Below, one piece after another: positions 37,644-49,624 of a stretch of DNA of 64,000 nucleotides. The DNA comes from a virus: UHGV virus genome UHGV-0038498; one strand, written 5' to 3'. The notes under the pieces are model-generated. The model had not been told where the DNA came from. It did not search any database and was given only the letters and a program-made list of their open reading frames with translations. Made by a program: the position numbers and the translations under genes. The number at the start of each line of letters is the position of its first letter. Position 1 is the first letter of the stretch.

Positions 37644-39451
37644 TATGCAATCCTTATCCAACGATAAACTGTAATATATGGTTGAATGTTAGTTATTGAT
37701 GTTGGCGGAGTGTGAGTAGAGTTAGTAGATGCTTTAGCTTCACGGTATTTCGTGTAAACTGGACCAGATTCATCTGGATCGTATTGACATCCACCAACAA
37801 TGACTGATCCATTTTCATCAACTATTAGAACTTCTTCATCTGTCTCAGTTGCAGGAAGATTAGCATTTTCCAATGTAACAGAAGTAGAACCACCTGTTCC
37901 ACCTGCAGTGTGTGAAGGATTTCCGCCCGAATCTAAATCGTTGTTATTTAGAGCAAAGTTAGGGTCCGAAATATCTTCATTCCATCCAACTAAAACTTTT
38001 CCTTGCCCAAATAATTTCCATGAGCCGAATCCCATATATGTAACAGGGTTATTTGGATTAACAGCGTTTTCATATATAGTTCCAATAGGATAAATCGTAT
38101 CAAAGATATTTGAAACAGCATTAAATTCGCGTTGATAGGATTGAACTGCTTCTACATTTGGCCAACCAATTTTATCGAAGTCTGTTAAATTTACATCACC
38201 GGAAATATCTACTCCTGGTCCTTGCGATACATAGAGATTATCAGTTTCATCAATAATCTCATCTTTTGTTAATAATGTACCTAAATCATTATTAAACCAG
38301 GTGATATTGATAATGTCGCCATGCTCAAATACTCTATCGAAGTGCAATGTTTCTGGTATGCCGTTTTCATCGGTTTCAACTGAATAGTCGGTATGAGACT
38401 GTTCCCAAGTTCCACCTAAAACAGAGCATTCTACTTCATCATCTGAATCGGCACCAACACAATGAAATAATGGCATTCCAACTGTTCCAGCCAATTCTTG
38501 TAAAATTCCATTAAAACGGACCTCGAGAGAATTAGGATTAATAGGTTCACCTGGAATTAATCCAAAAGCTGAAAACGGAATTGATTTCATTGTTGATAAA
38601 TCAGTAACGTAAATGCTTCCTTCTAAAGAAGTTTTTGACGTTAATTTTGAATCTAACACTCTAATTTGACGTCTTGTATATGAACTTCTCCACTGTGATA
38701 CGCCATCCATAAATGTTTCAATTTGAACAGTATCACCGATATTACAAGGCTGTCTTAATCGAATATTAAATCCATCAAGAGGAACTAATTCACCTTCGTT
38801 TTCGCCCGGAGAGCCAAAATCGCTGTTTTCACTAAATACATCGCCGTAATACAATTCGTTACCACGATGTTTTACTCTGATATTATTTACATTATAACTA
38901 GTTCCACGGAAAACATCTAAAAAGTCTGTTTGTCCTTGGACTTCAACTAAAAATTCTTTACGAGCTACATTACTGATGTCTGAACTGGTAATTTTGTCAA
39001 TTTGCTTATTTTTGACATATTCCCAACGTCCTGGGGCGCAATACACTAATTCCAAATCGCTGAATTGAACATTAATTTCAACTGGTACTGCAGACCCTTT
39101 AATCGTATCGCCGGAAGCAGCTACTAATGTAACTGGGTTGACGTTCCATGTAGCAAATACGTCTCTAGCTCTAATTACCTTGTTGTAATCATTGACAGTT
39201 CCTTTTGGAAGATTTATAGTTACTCTTCCAGAAGAGGTATTAATAGCGTATGATTTCCCCCACTCAGCTTTTAGTGTTTGACCAGATGAAGCATCATAAG
39301 TTTTCCAGGCACCGGCTGAATATGGAACATCTCCATCACCAAGCTCATAATAAAGCTCATCAAAGTTTTCATTTATTTTTATACCACCTTTACGCAGGTA
39401 GTCACCGGTACCATCATCAACAACATTACCGATATTAATATTTTGTTTCAT
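37643..39451 (-). CDS. 10: baseplate wedge gp10
   Basis: 602-aa ORF, T4 gp10 length and position. Confidence 0.85.
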   Translation of the reverse strand: MKQNINIGNVVDDGTGDYLRKGGIKINENFDELYYELGDGDVPYSAGAWKTYDASSGQTLKAEWGKSYAINTSSGRVTINLPKGTVNDYNKVIRARDVFATWNVNPVTLVAASGDTIKGSAVPVEINVQFSDLELVYCAPGRWEYVKNKQIDKITSSDISNVARKEFLVEVQGQTDFLDVFRGTSYNVNNIRVKHRGNELYYGDVFSENSDFGSPGENEGELVPLDGFNIRLRQPCNIGDTVQIETFMDGVSQWRSSYTRRQIRVLDSKLTSKTSLEGSIYVTDLSTMKSIPFSAFGLIPGEPINPNSLEVRFNGILQELAGTVGMPLFHCVGADSDDEVECSVLGGTWEQSHTDYSVETDENGIPETLHFDRVFEHGDIINITWFNNDLGTLLTKDEIIDETDNLYVSQGPGVDISGDVNLTDFDKIGWPNVEAVQSYQREFNAVSNIFDTIYPIGTIYENAVNPNNPVTYMGFGSWKLFGQGKVLVGWNEDISDPNFALNNNDLDSGGNPSHTAGGTGGSTSVTLENANLPATETDEEVLIVDENGSVIVGGCQYDPDESGPVYTKYREAKASTNSTHTPPTSITNIQPYITVYRWIRIA

Positions 39452-40317
39452 TATTGAGCCACCCCGATTTTCTGCGTAGCGATAACTTTAACTGCTGCTC
39501 TCATACCGACAGTTGGAGAACTTATAGTCGCCGTTACATAATTTTCTTTAATACTAAATGCAATATTAGCGATTTCGTCTTCTTCGGTTTCATTCCCAAC
39601 TCGCATGACAGCATATTCAGAAGAAATGACCTCTGAATTAACAGTATCCACAAGAATATTTATTTCTGCTGTTTTAATTTTTCTTCCATCTACTGATTGG
39701 CATGTAACTAGCAATTTAGCCATATTGTATTCAGTGCGATGAAATAGTGGAATATCAACTGATCCGGATGTAGAAATATTCCATGTACCTTCAGCTGGTG
39801 ATTCCTTTTGTCCAAACATGCTTTCAATAGAATAATTCCAAACCGATGTAGAATTATCAGATGAAATACAGCGTAAAGTTACTTTACTATATGGGCTAGT
39901 TACTACTAAATTACCCGAAACACCTTTAATTGAATCAATCGCTTGAATCGTTAAAGGATTAGTAACTGATATAGATCCATTTGAGTTAATAAATTCAACG
40001 CAGTCTCCAAGTTCGCCTCTTTCAATGATAACTTTAACACCTACAGTAGAGGTATCAATATCATGCCTAGTGCCAACTTTTACTGGAGTTGCGTACTCTG
40101 CAATAGAGTGTTTTTGATAATATCCAGTAGCATGGATAATTTGGCCATCTGCTCCAGTTCCATTTGCTACTGCCATTTTACGTTGATCGCCAAACGCATT
40201 ATAAATTGCGTTAAAATCACTATTAATTTTATTACCACCGTCGAATAAGATATCACCAGTAGAAGCGTTACCAATTTCGCCGGTATCAATCAATTTCTTT
40301 GGTTCTTGAATGAACAT
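39451..40317 (-). CDS. 9: baseplate wedge / long-tail-fibre socket gp9
   Basis: 288-aa ORF; late promoter 40342-40349 and hairpin 40356-40377 upstream. Confidence 0.85.
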   Translation of the reverse strand: MFIQEPKKLIDTGEIGNASTGDILFDGGNKINSDFNAIYNAFGDQRKMAVANGTGADGQIIHATGYYQKHSIAEYATPVKVGTRHDIDTSTVGVKVIIERGELGDCVEFINSNGSISVTNPLTIQAIDSIKGVSGNLVVTSPYSKVTLRCISSDNSTSVWNYSIESMFGQKESPAEGTWNISTSGSVDIPLFHRTEYNMAKLLVTCQSVDGRKIKTAEINILVDTVNSEVISSEYAVMRVGNETEEDEIANIAFSIKENYVTATISSPTVGMRAAVKVIATQKIGVAQ

Positions 40318-40341
40318 AGCGGTTTCCTTATGAGTTTATAG

Positions 40342-40349
40342 TATTTATA
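40342..40349 (-). promoter_or_regulatory. late promoter for gene 9
   Basis: TATAAATA on minus strand 25 nt upstream of gp9 start. Confidence 0.6.
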
Positions 40350-40355
40350 AAGAAA

Positions 40356-40377
40356 AAGGGAGCCCATGGGCTCCCTT
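40356..40377 (-). terminator. terminator hairpin between gene 8 and gene 9
   Basis: GGGAGCCC-ATGG-GCTCCC palindrome with T-run on minus strand. Confidence 0.55.
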
Positions 40378-40380
40378 AAG

Positions 40381-41385
40381 TTAAAATGTAAACAGAATAT
40401 TGATTTCTTCTGTTTGATCCATTGCCATGATAATAGGTGGCCTATTTTCCATATAAATCATTTCGCCCGAATGCCTCATTAAATCTTCCGGATCATAATA
40501 ATCCTTTTCAGCTTTAACGTTTGGGTCATTTGGATTAGCTTTAGCTTCAAGAGGATTCGTGATTATTGATATTTGTCTAAATCCTTTATTTCCCGGCAAT
40601 GCAGCCTCAGGAAAATAAACTGAATCTAAATATGCTTTAAAACGGATAGTATTTGCCTTAACACGGTAAATTAATCCAAAATCATCTTGTTGCCAAGTGA
40701 GATTATCTTCATATCCCCATCTAGCCGGGTCTTCTTTTAATTCCTCAGGCCAAGGAACCACGATATATTCATTCGTGCATCTATTTATAGATACATCAGG
40801 CGGAATCTCAAAAAGATATTCCCAAACATATCCGTCGCCGGGTTCGATTGTTCCTTCCGCGTCTCCTCGACCTTCAGGAGGAGTCATTGACCTAACAGAA
40901 GGAGTCCATTTTCCACCTAACTTAAGGCATTCATCCTTATTAGTTAAAGACTCAATTGAACACATTCCTGTGTCAGGAACATCTAAACAGCGATATACTA
41001 ACCAGCCTGCGCCTGATTCAGTAGCATTGTAAGGAGCTGAGTTACACACTACAATATCGTTAATTCTAAATGTGTATGGATCCGGATATCTAGTATCTCC
41101 CCAATCTCTACGAGGAATAACTGCATCAAGCATAGATGGAAGAACCTTTACGGTTCCCATCATATGCGTCCACATGTCAGTTACACCTAATACAGAATCG
41201 GTTGGATAAGGTGGAGCAAAGCCCACCTCATTTTCATTTGATGACCACGGTTCTGATCTTCCAAATGTGATAAAGATAGTGTTTTTATCCGGACCACTTC
41301 CAATTGAATTATAAAAATTCAACATTTTTTCTGTTCTAAATTTTGAAGTAACTATCGCACGATAGATAACACTTGAATCATTCAT
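40381..41385 (-). CDS. 8: baseplate wedge gp8
   Basis: 334-aa ORF, T4 gp8 length and position. Confidence 0.85.
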   Translation of the reverse strand: MNDSSVIYRAIVTSKFRTEKMLNFYNSIGSGPDKNTIFITFGRSEPWSSNENEVGFAPPYPTDSVLGVTDMWTHMMGTVKVLPSMLDAVIPRRDWGDTRYPDPYTFRINDIVVCNSAPYNATESGAGWLVYRCLDVPDTGMCSIESLTNKDECLKLGGKWTPSVRSMTPPEGRGDAEGTIEPGDGYVWEYLFEIPPDVSINRCTNEYIVVPWPEELKEDPARWGYEDNLTWQQDDFGLIYRVKANTIRFKAYLDSVYFPEAALPGNKGFRQISIITNPLEAKANPNDPNVKAEKDYYDPEDLMRHSGEMIYMENRPPIIMAMDQTEEINILFTF

Positions 41386-44300
41386 CTATTTTAACCTGTG
41401 TTGGATTTTCAGGGTCTCTTGGATTTCCTATATTATCTTTTAGACGTTTATTAACTAAATCCCTAAATTGTGCAAATGTTGTTCCAGATGCGTCAAATAG
41501 AGGACTCATTAATTTGCGTCGTTCAGACGGCAATTGACCTTGAAATATTGAATTGTTATTTTCAGCATTATAGTCATCAGGAAGAGGATATTCTACACCA
41601 GCCATTGGGCCAGGCTCATAAATTGCTTCGCCTGTTACTGAATCATGTTCAATTTCACCAGTCGGAGTTAATTTAGCTACTCTATCAGCATATTCAGTAG
41701 GCAATCCAGAATCCCATTTATAGTTTTTGTATTTATTAATTATGGTCTCTGTATGTTTAAGAGTTAAACCAACATTAATAAACATCGTTAAAAGGGTAAT
41801 TGCTATAAATCCAAATCCTACTGGATGAACAAAACGAATAACGTCAGATTTCCAGCGGGAAGAAGGTAAATTGGATTTAATTTTCATTACATAATATGAT
41901 CGACTTCTATTAATATAGTCTATATTATTTTGAAGCAAATCCTTTCCTTTAACCCCACGAATAATTTCGCCTTCAAAACTAGGAAGTCTTTCTGCTTTAA
42001 CTTCTTGACCGGCAATTAATCTTCCTAAAAGATTATGAATAGTTACGGTCCATTGCAATTTACCATTAGAATAGCTTCTTTCTATATAAGTAACATTACA
42101 TCTTCCTGTAGCTGTATAAATCGTTTGTCCTACTAAGTCTTCAGTCAAAGAATCAGATTGAACGATTATATCATATTCAGTACCAGCCCCAGATTCAATT
42201 TCAATTTCAACCTCTTCATTATAAAGAACTTTAAAAAGAAATTTGTATGATGCTTCAATTCCTTTAGTAGAATAAAAATCATAGCTACGTAATTCGAAAA
42301 ATCTTGTAACAGCATCGCGTTTGTCAGCATTTAAATAAATGTTTCTTTTATATATCTCTGACCACAAATATTCCCATGCATGCTCTTCTCGTGGATATTT
42401 GTTACGAATTAAATTTCGTAAATTGTTATACTGAGTTCCATATCCATCAGAAAGATATTGAATATATGCTTCGCAAAATGCCTCAAAATTCGAATCCTGC
42501 AACAAATAAGAATCAGGCATCATTGTGCCAATCAATGGTCTTAAATCAGGGTCAGCTAATCCACGCTCTTCTTCGGGCGACCAAGGGGTTTCATGCTCTT
42601 GGTTTTGTAAAAATGCTTTTAAAAATACTTCAGTTGGCTTCCAAATAATTTCGACAGTGTCTCTAACACGATAGTTAAAATCATAGTAAGAAATTATTTC
42701 ACCAGAAGCTTTATAGAAAAGCATCCCAGATGCATATTTTTTAAATCCAGTGAATTTAACATTTGGCATTACTATAGTGCAATCGCCATCATCCCAGTAT
42801 TCATGAACTAATCTATCTGGTGATGTTTCAGGAATATTTTCTATAACCTTGGTGTATTTCAAATCAGCATAAACTACTACAACCCTATCAGAGTTGTTTA
42901 TCCAACAACGTGTGTTAGATTTTTTAGACCAGTTAAAGAATGGTTCTGCGTAGTATTTCATCGGCTGAGGAGTAAAAGTTTCCCAATCAGACTTTTCATC
43001 TGCTATAAATGCCATCATATGATAATGCTTATCAGCTAACCATTCACGAGGAAATTCATATTTAACAGCACCGATTAACTGATATTTTGCTGCAGTTTCA
43101 GGGTCATTAACAACATTATCACTTAAAAATTTAAAATTGCTCGATGATAGAGAAACTAATTTACCATCAGTTGACATATTCGCATACCCTGGTTGAATAC
43201 GTCTTCTTTCTTCTTCAGTGTTGCCAAAAACTCTTTTCCACGTTTTTGTGTCGTGATTTAAAACATATATTCCTTTATCAGCAGAATCAATTATTTTTGA
43301 TGTTCTAGGATTAGCATTTAATGTTTCAACTTCACCAATAATAAGAGCAAAAACTTTATCACCGATAGAATCCATTTTATAGCATACTGCTTTAGGATTT
43401 CCGGTTATAGTCATTGTATCAGGTTCAAAAAGCCTTTCCGAATATGTTGGAGATAATGGATCAGAATCTATAGGTGCATTACTAGTTTTTATGTATCTAA
43501 CTTTGTCTCTGGCGACAACGTAAATGTAATCATCGGTGCAAGTAATAGCTTCTGCAATGCGATATACATTCGCTGGTAAAGTTGCGTAAGTGGCAAAAAT
43601 TTCTACATCAAATCCTAAATGTAATTGGTCGCCAAGTTTAGCAAATGTTATATCCTGAGAACTAAATCTGACATCATCAGCTGACCATCTAACATCAGTC
43701 GATTTGCGGCCATAGAAAATCTTGTCATATCCTAGAACGTATGTTGTGTTCGCAGATTGGTAATATACTGTCTTAGATAAAGGATATCCTACGCGGTCAT
43801 TGAAGAGCTTTACAGCTTTCCAAGTTTGTCCTTTATCATTGGATACTTTAACTACAGGTTGATAGCGCTCAAAAAGGTATAGAATCCCTTCTGATTCCAT
43901 CAAATAAACTCGGTTAATATCCTTACATACTTGCTGAATAGAACCTTGTATTTCATGATACTCATTTTCACCAATAATAAAATTACTTATTGATGAAACA
44001 TCAACATATGATGGGCTGAATTGAAATGATTCATTCATCAATGCAGCCATTATAGTGTCATTGTTAAAATTGACATAATCAGAATTATTAAGAGTAAATT
44101 TTTCCTGAATGAATTTATTAGCTAATTGCATTTCAATCATGTTTTGAAATGTATAAGCATTTGTAGCAAAAGTTTCAAACTCTTCGGTATAAATCCAATC
44201 AGACTGCTCAAAATCTTGTGCAGCTGTAGCTACTCTAATAACGTATGATGTCAATGGGTCAGCATCATCGAAAAAGAAGCTGTTATTTGCAGTATATCCT

Positions 44301-44476
44301 AAGTTAATCCATCTGTATTGATTACTCGGGAGATTTTCCCCCGAGTTTGTTTTTGTCTCAGCGATTTCTACAAAATAGTAGAAATTAGCACCAACGTCAT
44401 CCCAGCGTACTTGCACCTGATTTGCGGATAACTTGGAAATTCTGAGACTAGTGACTGAAGGTGCTTTTACTGTCAT
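41378..44476 (-). CDS. 7: baseplate wedge gp7
   Basis: 1032-aa ORF, T4 gp7 length and position. Confidence 0.85.
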   Translation of the reverse strand: MTVKAPSVTSLRISKLSANQVQVRWDDVGANFYYFVEIAETKTNSGENLPSNQYRWINLGYTANNSFFFDDADPLTSYVIRVATAAQDFEQSDWIYTEEFETFATNAYTFQNMIEMQLANKFIQEKFTLNNSDYVNFNNDTIMAALMNESFQFSPSYVDVSSISNFIIGENEYHEIQGSIQQVCKDINRVYLMESEGILYLFERYQPVVKVSNDKGQTWKAVKLFNDRVGYPLSKTVYYQSANTTYVLGYDKIFYGRKSTDVRWSADDVRFSSQDITFAKLGDQLHLGFDVEIFATYATLPANVYRIAEAITCTDDYIYVVARDKVRYIKTSNAPIDSDPLSPTYSERLFEPDTMTITGNPKAVCYKMDSIGDKVFALIIGEVETLNANPRTSKIIDSADKGIYVLNHDTKTWKRVFGNTEEERRRIQPGYANMSTDGKLVSLSSSNFKFLSDNVVNDPETAAKYQLIGAVKYEFPREWLADKHYHMMAFIADEKSDWETFTPQPMKYYAEPFFNWSKKSNTRCWINNSDRVVVVYADLKYTKVIENIPETSPDRLVHEYWDDGDCTIVMPNVKFTGFKKYASGMLFYKASGEIISYYDFNYRVRDTVEIIWKPTEVFLKAFLQNQEHETPWSPEEERGLADPDLRPLIGTMMPDSYLLQDSNFEAFCEAYIQYLSDGYGTQYNNLRNLIRNKYPREEHAWEYLWSEIYKRNIYLNADKRDAVTRFFELRSYDFYSTKGIEASYKFLFKVLYNEEVEIEIESGAGTEYDIIVQSDSLTEDLVGQTIYTATGRCNVTYIERSYSNGKLQWTVTIHNLLGRLIAGQEVKAERLPSFEGEIIRGVKGKDLLQNNIDYINRSRSYYVMKIKSNLPSSRWKSDVIRFVHPVGFGFIAITLLTMFINVGLTLKHTETIINKYKNYKWDSGLPTEYADRVAKLTPTGEIEHDSVTGEAIYEPGPMAGVEYPLPDDYNAENNNSIFQGQLPSERRKLMSPLFDASGTTFAQFRDLVNKRLKDNIGNPRDPENPTQVKIDE

Positions 44477-46455
44477 TGTGATATAGGCTCCAAATCGATA
44501 GTTAAGTATTGTGGACGTAAGTCATTTTCAAATACAATCAGTGAACCATCGCGAGTAAAGATAACATCATCGGTTGGGTCAGAATATAATTCGATGGTCT
44601 GAACTTCAAATTTTTCAGATGTTAAATTAATTTTAGCGATATTCCAATAAATCACATCAGCTGGATAATTTATTTCACCGATAACATAGTATTTGTCGCG
44701 TCCATCAGAATTTGCTAATTTGTTAAAATCGTTGCCTGTATACGGCTGAATGTTTTCATTTTCTGTAACATCGCCAGAAGCAAATGGACCAATAATAACT
44801 TTACCAATTCCTTTAGAATCTCGGTCTGTTGATACTATGCGAACGTCATATAATACATCTTCTTCTAAACCAGTATCAGGATTTACAACCTTTCGTCCGG
44901 AATTAAATGAAAACGTATTAGATTCCATAGAACGATCTTTTATTTGATTATTGTATTTAATACCTGCTTCAGGCGTTTTATAGAAGTTTTGTACTTCACG
45001 AACAATTTGAATTGTCGCTGATGAGCCAATGATAGAATGATCTGCATCATCTACATATGTCAACATCTTAGATTTAGCGAAAGATGAGTTAAAAATTTCT
45101 ACATCTTCGGTATAATAACGATCAATTTTATCAATTATTTGACCTTCGAGCCACTGTTCGGATTCTTGCAGCTTATTTAAAGCATATGTGACTTTTAAAT
45201 TAGTCTTAATAAAAAGATAATTAGGAGAAATAATTGATGGCGTAATAGGAGCTAAATTATAGTCTTTGAGATAATTTTTAATATCTTCGCGCTGTACAGT
45301 AGTTAAATACAGACCTGATTTAGGTTTAGCAGCAATAAATGCATAACCAGGTTTAGTAGAATCAGTGAACGTCTGAACTGCTTGAATAATAGAACCAAAT
45401 CTCTCTGAAACGAATGTATCATAGTCAGTCGCAGTTACGCAGCGTTGCTGGGTTTCGCGTTTAATAGTACCCAATTCGCGAATACGTTCAATATCTTCCG
45501 GATCACCGCCGCCATCTGCCCCAACAAAATCTGGGTCATCGTTTGGGTTTTCATTAATGTTGATGACAGTTATATTTGTCAATGTATCTGCATATGAAAA
45601 TCCGACTGCGCCATTCGCATCTGCGCCGTTAGTACTGATGTACTCAATAACAATCGTAGAGTTCTGGGTAGGTTTAAGACCTCCAATATAATTAGCAGTC
45701 AATGCTCCTTCTGCCGCATTAACAGAAATCTCACCTTCGCCAAAATAAAACTCAGTATTTCCATCAATAGTTTCACGCATGTAGTAAATTGTCGATGTAG
45801 AACCAGCATGAACCATTGACTTTCTTGTCCAGTTAATCCATTCTGCTCCATCAACGTACAGTTTAACTTGGTTTCTATCTATATTTTTGTCATAAATGAT
45901 AATAGGTGTTAATTTATCGTAAATGATTTCAGTTCTTACTATACGTCCCTGAGCCAATTTTAAACGTGGAAAATATTGGTTATTTTTATCACGAATAGCA
46001 ATAACATCTTCGGTAGATACAAAGTTATAAGGATTAACAGAAGTATCTTTTGCATATGCTAAAAAGCGAGTACCACGAGGAATAGTAATGTAATTTCTAT
46101 TCAATGCGTCTGTACAAGTTAGCATAATTTCAGTTTGAGCAGCTGATTTTGAAGTAGGTAAATATCCATTATCTTGTGCAGCTTGAACTACTGAACTACG
46201 CAAATTAGCAGTACGCATAAAGCTTTCATACAAGGCAGCATTACCAAACTGCTGAATGTACAATGTATTATAAGCCAAAAGGTCGCACAGAACGTTTAAT
46301 CTTGAGCCTTCAAAATCATAATCCAAAAATTCATTTTGACCATTAAGCCATTCAATGAGGTTTTGTTTTATTTCAGCAAATGTACCCCCGACGAATATCT
46401 CGGGAATAGCATTTGCTGTTCTTGTTAATTGATAATTTACAGGGGTATTTGCCAT
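44473..46455 (-). CDS. 6: baseplate wedge gp6
   Basis: 660-aa ORF, T4 gp6 length and position. Confidence 0.85.
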   Translation of the reverse strand: MANTPVNYQLTRTANAIPEIFVGGTFAEIKQNLIEWLNGQNEFLDYDFEGSRLNVLCDLLAYNTLYIQQFGNAALYESFMRTANLRSSVVQAAQDNGYLPTSKSAAQTEIMLTCTDALNRNYITIPRGTRFLAYAKDTSVNPYNFVSTEDVIAIRDKNNQYFPRLKLAQGRIVRTEIIYDKLTPIIIYDKNIDRNQVKLYVDGAEWINWTRKSMVHAGSTSTIYYMRETIDGNTEFYFGEGEISVNAAEGALTANYIGGLKPTQNSTIVIEYISTNGADANGAVGFSYADTLTNITVININENPNDDPDFVGADGGGDPEDIERIRELGTIKRETQQRCVTATDYDTFVSERFGSIIQAVQTFTDSTKPGYAFIAAKPKSGLYLTTVQREDIKNYLKDYNLAPITPSIISPNYLFIKTNLKVTYALNKLQESEQWLEGQIIDKIDRYYTEDVEIFNSSFAKSKMLTYVDDADHSIIGSSATIQIVREVQNFYKTPEAGIKYNNQIKDRSMESNTFSFNSGRKVVNPDTGLEEDVLYDVRIVSTDRDSKGIGKVIIGPFASGDVTENENIQPYTGNDFNKLANSDGRDKYYVIGEINYPADVIYWNIAKINLTSEKFEVQTIELYSDPTDDVIFTRDGSLIVFENDLRPQYLTIDLEPISQ

Positions 46456-46463
46456 TTTAAATC

Positions 46464-46757
46464 CTATTTAATGAATACTTTAGATGATGCCTGAGCCACA
46501 GTATCACCGCATGATATTGGATCAGCCATTTGAACAGCTTTCTTTCCAGTGACATATACCTTAGAAGTTCTAGGTTGTGTCACTCCGCCATGTGTTTCAT
46601 ATGGCTTTTTAATTTCTGTATGTTTTGTAATTGGATCACCTGCTACGAGAACAGCAATTCCTCCAGTGAATACTTTACTTTGTGTAGCATTCACAACTGT
46701 TGGAGGCCATGCTTCATGGCCGGCAGTAACACACTTATCATAACTTAATCCTGACAT
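46464..46757 (-). CDS. 5.4: PAAR-repeat spike-tip protein gp5.4
   Basis: 97-aa ORF with PAAR-like Gly/Val-rich repeats and Cys/His, downstream of gene 5. Confidence 0.75.
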   Translation of the reverse strand: MSGLSYDKCVTAGHEAWPPTVVNATQSKVFTGGIAVLVAGDPITKHTEIKKPYETHGGVTQPRTSKVYVTGKKAVQMADPISCGDTVAQASSKVFIK

Positions 46758-47315
46758 TTATGGCCTCTCATACACGTAGCTTCTCAATTTATTAGCCCAA
46801 CGACTCCAATTTCCAACTATAGTTTTTGTATAATTTTTAACAAGAGTTTTTCTTATTGGAGCTGGAGGATTCGTCGGTTCAGTAGTATCAGAAGATGACC
46901 TAGAATTACTGCCAGAACCTCCAGATTCACCTTGTTCTTGGTAGTCATATATTAATGTTACTTCGTAAGTGAATGTCTTCTGGAGGTTTTGAGGAGCTTT
47001 CCATAAATATAACTGAGTATTAGAATCAGTTGGAAGGTCTTCCCATGAAGCAGCAGTTTTAAATTCATTATCTAAACGATATTTCAACGCATCATTTCCA
47101 AATCCAAACACAGATTCATACGTTCCATATAAACGATTTTCTTCTACTAAAACCCCAGGAGTTTCTTCGTAACTAGTTATATTTATAGATACTAACGTTT
47201 CACCTGTTTCTAATTGAGCGGTAAAGGTGACGTCGATAGAAGAACCTTCCATGGATTCTCCTAAATCAGCGCTCATTGGAAGTATATTAGCCAATGTCAA
47301 TCCTCGATCCATCAA
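46758..47315 (-). CDS. hypothetical protein (5.1 position, 185 aa)
   Basis: ORF overlapping gene 5 3' end by 29 nt. Confidence 0.55.
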   Translation of the reverse strand: MMDRGLTLANILPMSADLGESMEGSSIDVTFTAQLETGETLVSINITSYEETPGVLVEENRLYGTYESVFGFGNDALKYRLDNEFKTAASWEDLPTDSNTQLYLWKAPQNLQKTFTYEVTLIYDYQEQGESGGSGSNSRSSSDTTEPTNPPAPIRKTLVKNYTKTIVGNWSRWANKLRSYVYERP

Positions 47316-49014
47316 TTGTGTATTGACCGGATGAAATAGAACTCATAGATGCCATTTTTTCTGTCCAATCACCACCAACGTCCCAATCAACTGTCCCAGC
47401 AACTTTCCAAGAAAGATTTCCATTTACTGTATTAGTCTGATTTCCTTCAACTAAAGTGGTAGCATCTCCTTTAACTGTAATGTCAGCATTACCTTCAACT
47501 ACAATAGTAACATTACCTTTGACTAGGATAGTTCCATTACCTTCAACCGTCTTAGTTTCATCGCCACGTACAAATATTGTATTGCTTCCATCTATTTGGT
47601 GGAGACGATTATCCATGTTGTAATAAATTTCTGACCCACCGACGTTAGTCTTTTTATCGCCAGCTACCAAAAAATTACCATCAGCATTTGTTATATCATA
47701 CAAATTATCAACAGTTTTTCTTGTTCTTCTTCCTGACGGTGATACTTCCTCATATGTTCCAGTTGGATGAACTAATCTGTATCGTTCTTGTCCCGGGGTA
47801 TCGTCAAATTCCTGAATATGACCGCTTTCAGTTTCCATTGTGTGAACATACGGATATTCACCTTTATATGAAGAAACAGGTTCTTTAAATAAAATTCTCG
47901 AATCATTCGGAATAGGAGGGTCAGCTGGATCAGAAGACTTTGCTACAGCAGCAGCCATTGCTGACAAAGACCTAGCCGGTGTTTTCACTTCAATACCGTA
48001 TGATTCCAAATTCCCTGTAAGAATAATCATGGTAACACGGGATGCACGGCCTTTTGTTTGTTGATACCACAATGAATCACGACCAGCTTTATATGCTTTT
48101 TCCCAATCTCCGGCTAACATAGCAGTTAACATTGTGTTAAATTTAGCTACACCGCCAACACCCATTTGGAATGCCATATTTTCTAATGCCATTTGACGAG
48201 AACGATTAACTGCTTGCCAAACTGGGCCAACTTTAGAATGTGATTTAATGTCACGTTGCATATCAGCTAAATCACGTTCAAATAAAGTTACCGCTTCTTC
48301 CATTGTAATAGAACCTGGATTTCCGGTAATTTCACGACCAACTTGTTTTGATAAAACTTTATTAATTTGAGTCATATCACGAACTGGCTGCTTCATGATA
48401 AGATGACCAATGCCAATTGTCGGATATCCTTCAGTATCCCAATAAACTTTTAGTCTTAATCCTTCATCACGGCGAAGCATTTCAGCCATTGACATATTTG
48501 GATTATCATCAGTTGGAATCTCTGATAGCGGTCTATCATCAGGATTTATCGCAGTATCTAGATTGCTATCTTGGATAATATTAGAAGACGAATCATATCC
48601 TACTTCTCCGCCTTGGTTTAATACGTTAGTATCATTTCCTAGACGTCTAGGATACTGTCCAGTCGGGTCAGAAAATCCTTCAAGTCTATTCGGTTTTTCG
48701 CGAACTATTCCACCATAAGTGCCAAGGACAATTCCGTTAGTTTTCCATTTGTCTAAAAAATGACCATAAACTCTAGTTCCTTCTACCGGACCAGTAACGG
48801 AGCCTCCAATTCCAGACATTGCTGCAGAAGTTATAGGTTGAATAACTGACATCCATGGTAATTTATCAGTTGGAATACCCATTACGTCGCCTTGTGCTCT
48901 TTGAGGTGGATGCAGACCAACTACACGAACACGAACACGACCTAATTTTAATGGGTCCATTCTATCTTCAACAACACCAACAAACCAATTAAGGTTATTA
49001 CTTATCATTTCCAT
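47287..49014 (-). CDS. 5: baseplate central spike with lysozyme domain gp5
   Basis: 575-aa ORF: N-terminal OB-fold, internal lysozyme domain (DTEGYPTIGIGHL) paralogous to gene e, C-terminal VxGxxxxx beta-helix repeats. Confidence 0.95.
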   Translation of the reverse strand: MEMISNNLNWFVGVVEDRMDPLKLGRVRVRVVGLHPPQRAQGDVMGIPTDKLPWMSVIQPITSAAMSGIGGSVTGPVEGTRVYGHFLDKWKTNGIVLGTYGGIVREKPNRLEGFSDPTGQYPRRLGNDTNVLNQGGEVGYDSSSNIIQDSNLDTAINPDDRPLSEIPTDDNPNMSMAEMLRRDEGLRLKVYWDTEGYPTIGIGHLIMKQPVRDMTQINKVLSKQVGREITGNPGSITMEEAVTLFERDLADMQRDIKSHSKVGPVWQAVNRSRQMALENMAFQMGVGGVAKFNTMLTAMLAGDWEKAYKAGRDSLWYQQTKGRASRVTMIILTGNLESYGIEVKTPARSLSAMAAAVAKSSDPADPPIPNDSRILFKEPVSSYKGEYPYVHTMETESGHIQEFDDTPGQERYRLVHPTGTYEEVSPSGRRTRKTVDNLYDITNADGNFLVAGDKKTNVGGSEIYYNMDNRLHQIDGSNTIFVRGDETKTVEGNGTILVKGNVTIVVEGNADITVKGDATTLVEGNQTNTVNGNLSWKVAGTVDWDVGGDWTEKMASMSSISSGQYTIDGSRIDIG

Positions 49015-49588
49015 AAGATTTCTCCATTATACGTATAAGGTCGTTCATAAATGAATTGATGTCTGATTTTGCTATTATTTTTATTTGACGAAGTTTTTCA
49101 TTTTCAAGAACAGCAGCTTCATACGTATCGACCGCAGCAAGTGCTCCTTCATATTGAGGATATTTTCTAGCTTTATCACCTTTGTCATACCAAACATATG
49201 GATTATCATCGTATGATATTAAATTATAAAATTTTTCACCGTTTTCATTCACATGATATACTATTTGGTCTCCACCTACGTTTTTGTATTTTTGTATAGA
49301 TGCTTGATAAGCAGCTTCTTGCGAAGTAATCCATCCATAATACGGATCATAATTATCATTACACATCAATAAAACCCAATACAACTGCGGATTTCCATAT
49401 ATAGCATTTGCTAATTCTTCCGGACGTGGTGAACCTTTAATATAATAAGTACGTAAGCGGTATCCCGCAAGAGCACGTTTGAAATAGTCTTTATAGTTTC
49501 TAAAAATATCTGTCATAGGAATAGTCGGCGCGTTTTTATTCACCGTTTTGGCCGCATATTCAATCGGATCAAAAAATGTAAAGAGCAT
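48998..49588 (-). CDS. 53: baseplate wedge gp53
   Basis: 196-aa ORF, T4 gp53 length; late promoter at 49617-49624. Confidence 0.8.
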   Translation of the reverse strand: MLFTFFDPIEYAAKTVNKNAPTIPMTDIFRNYKDYFKRALAGYRLRTYYIKGSPRPEELANAIYGNPQLYWVLLMCNDNYDPYYGWITSQEAAYQASIQKYKNVGGDQIVYHVNENGEKFYNLISYDDNPYVWYDKGDKARKYPQYEGALAAVDTYEAAVLENEKLRQIKIIAKSDINSFMNDLIRIMEKSYGNDK

Positions 49589-49601
49589 GGGCCCTCCTGT
49601 T

Positions 49602-49624
49602 TATAAATATATTATCTATTTATA
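49602..49624. promoter_or_regulatory. divergent late promoters for gene 4 (plus) and gene 53 (minus)
   Basis: TATAAATA at 49602-49609 and TATTTATA at 49617-49624 in the 47-nt divergent intergenic region. Confidence 0.6.
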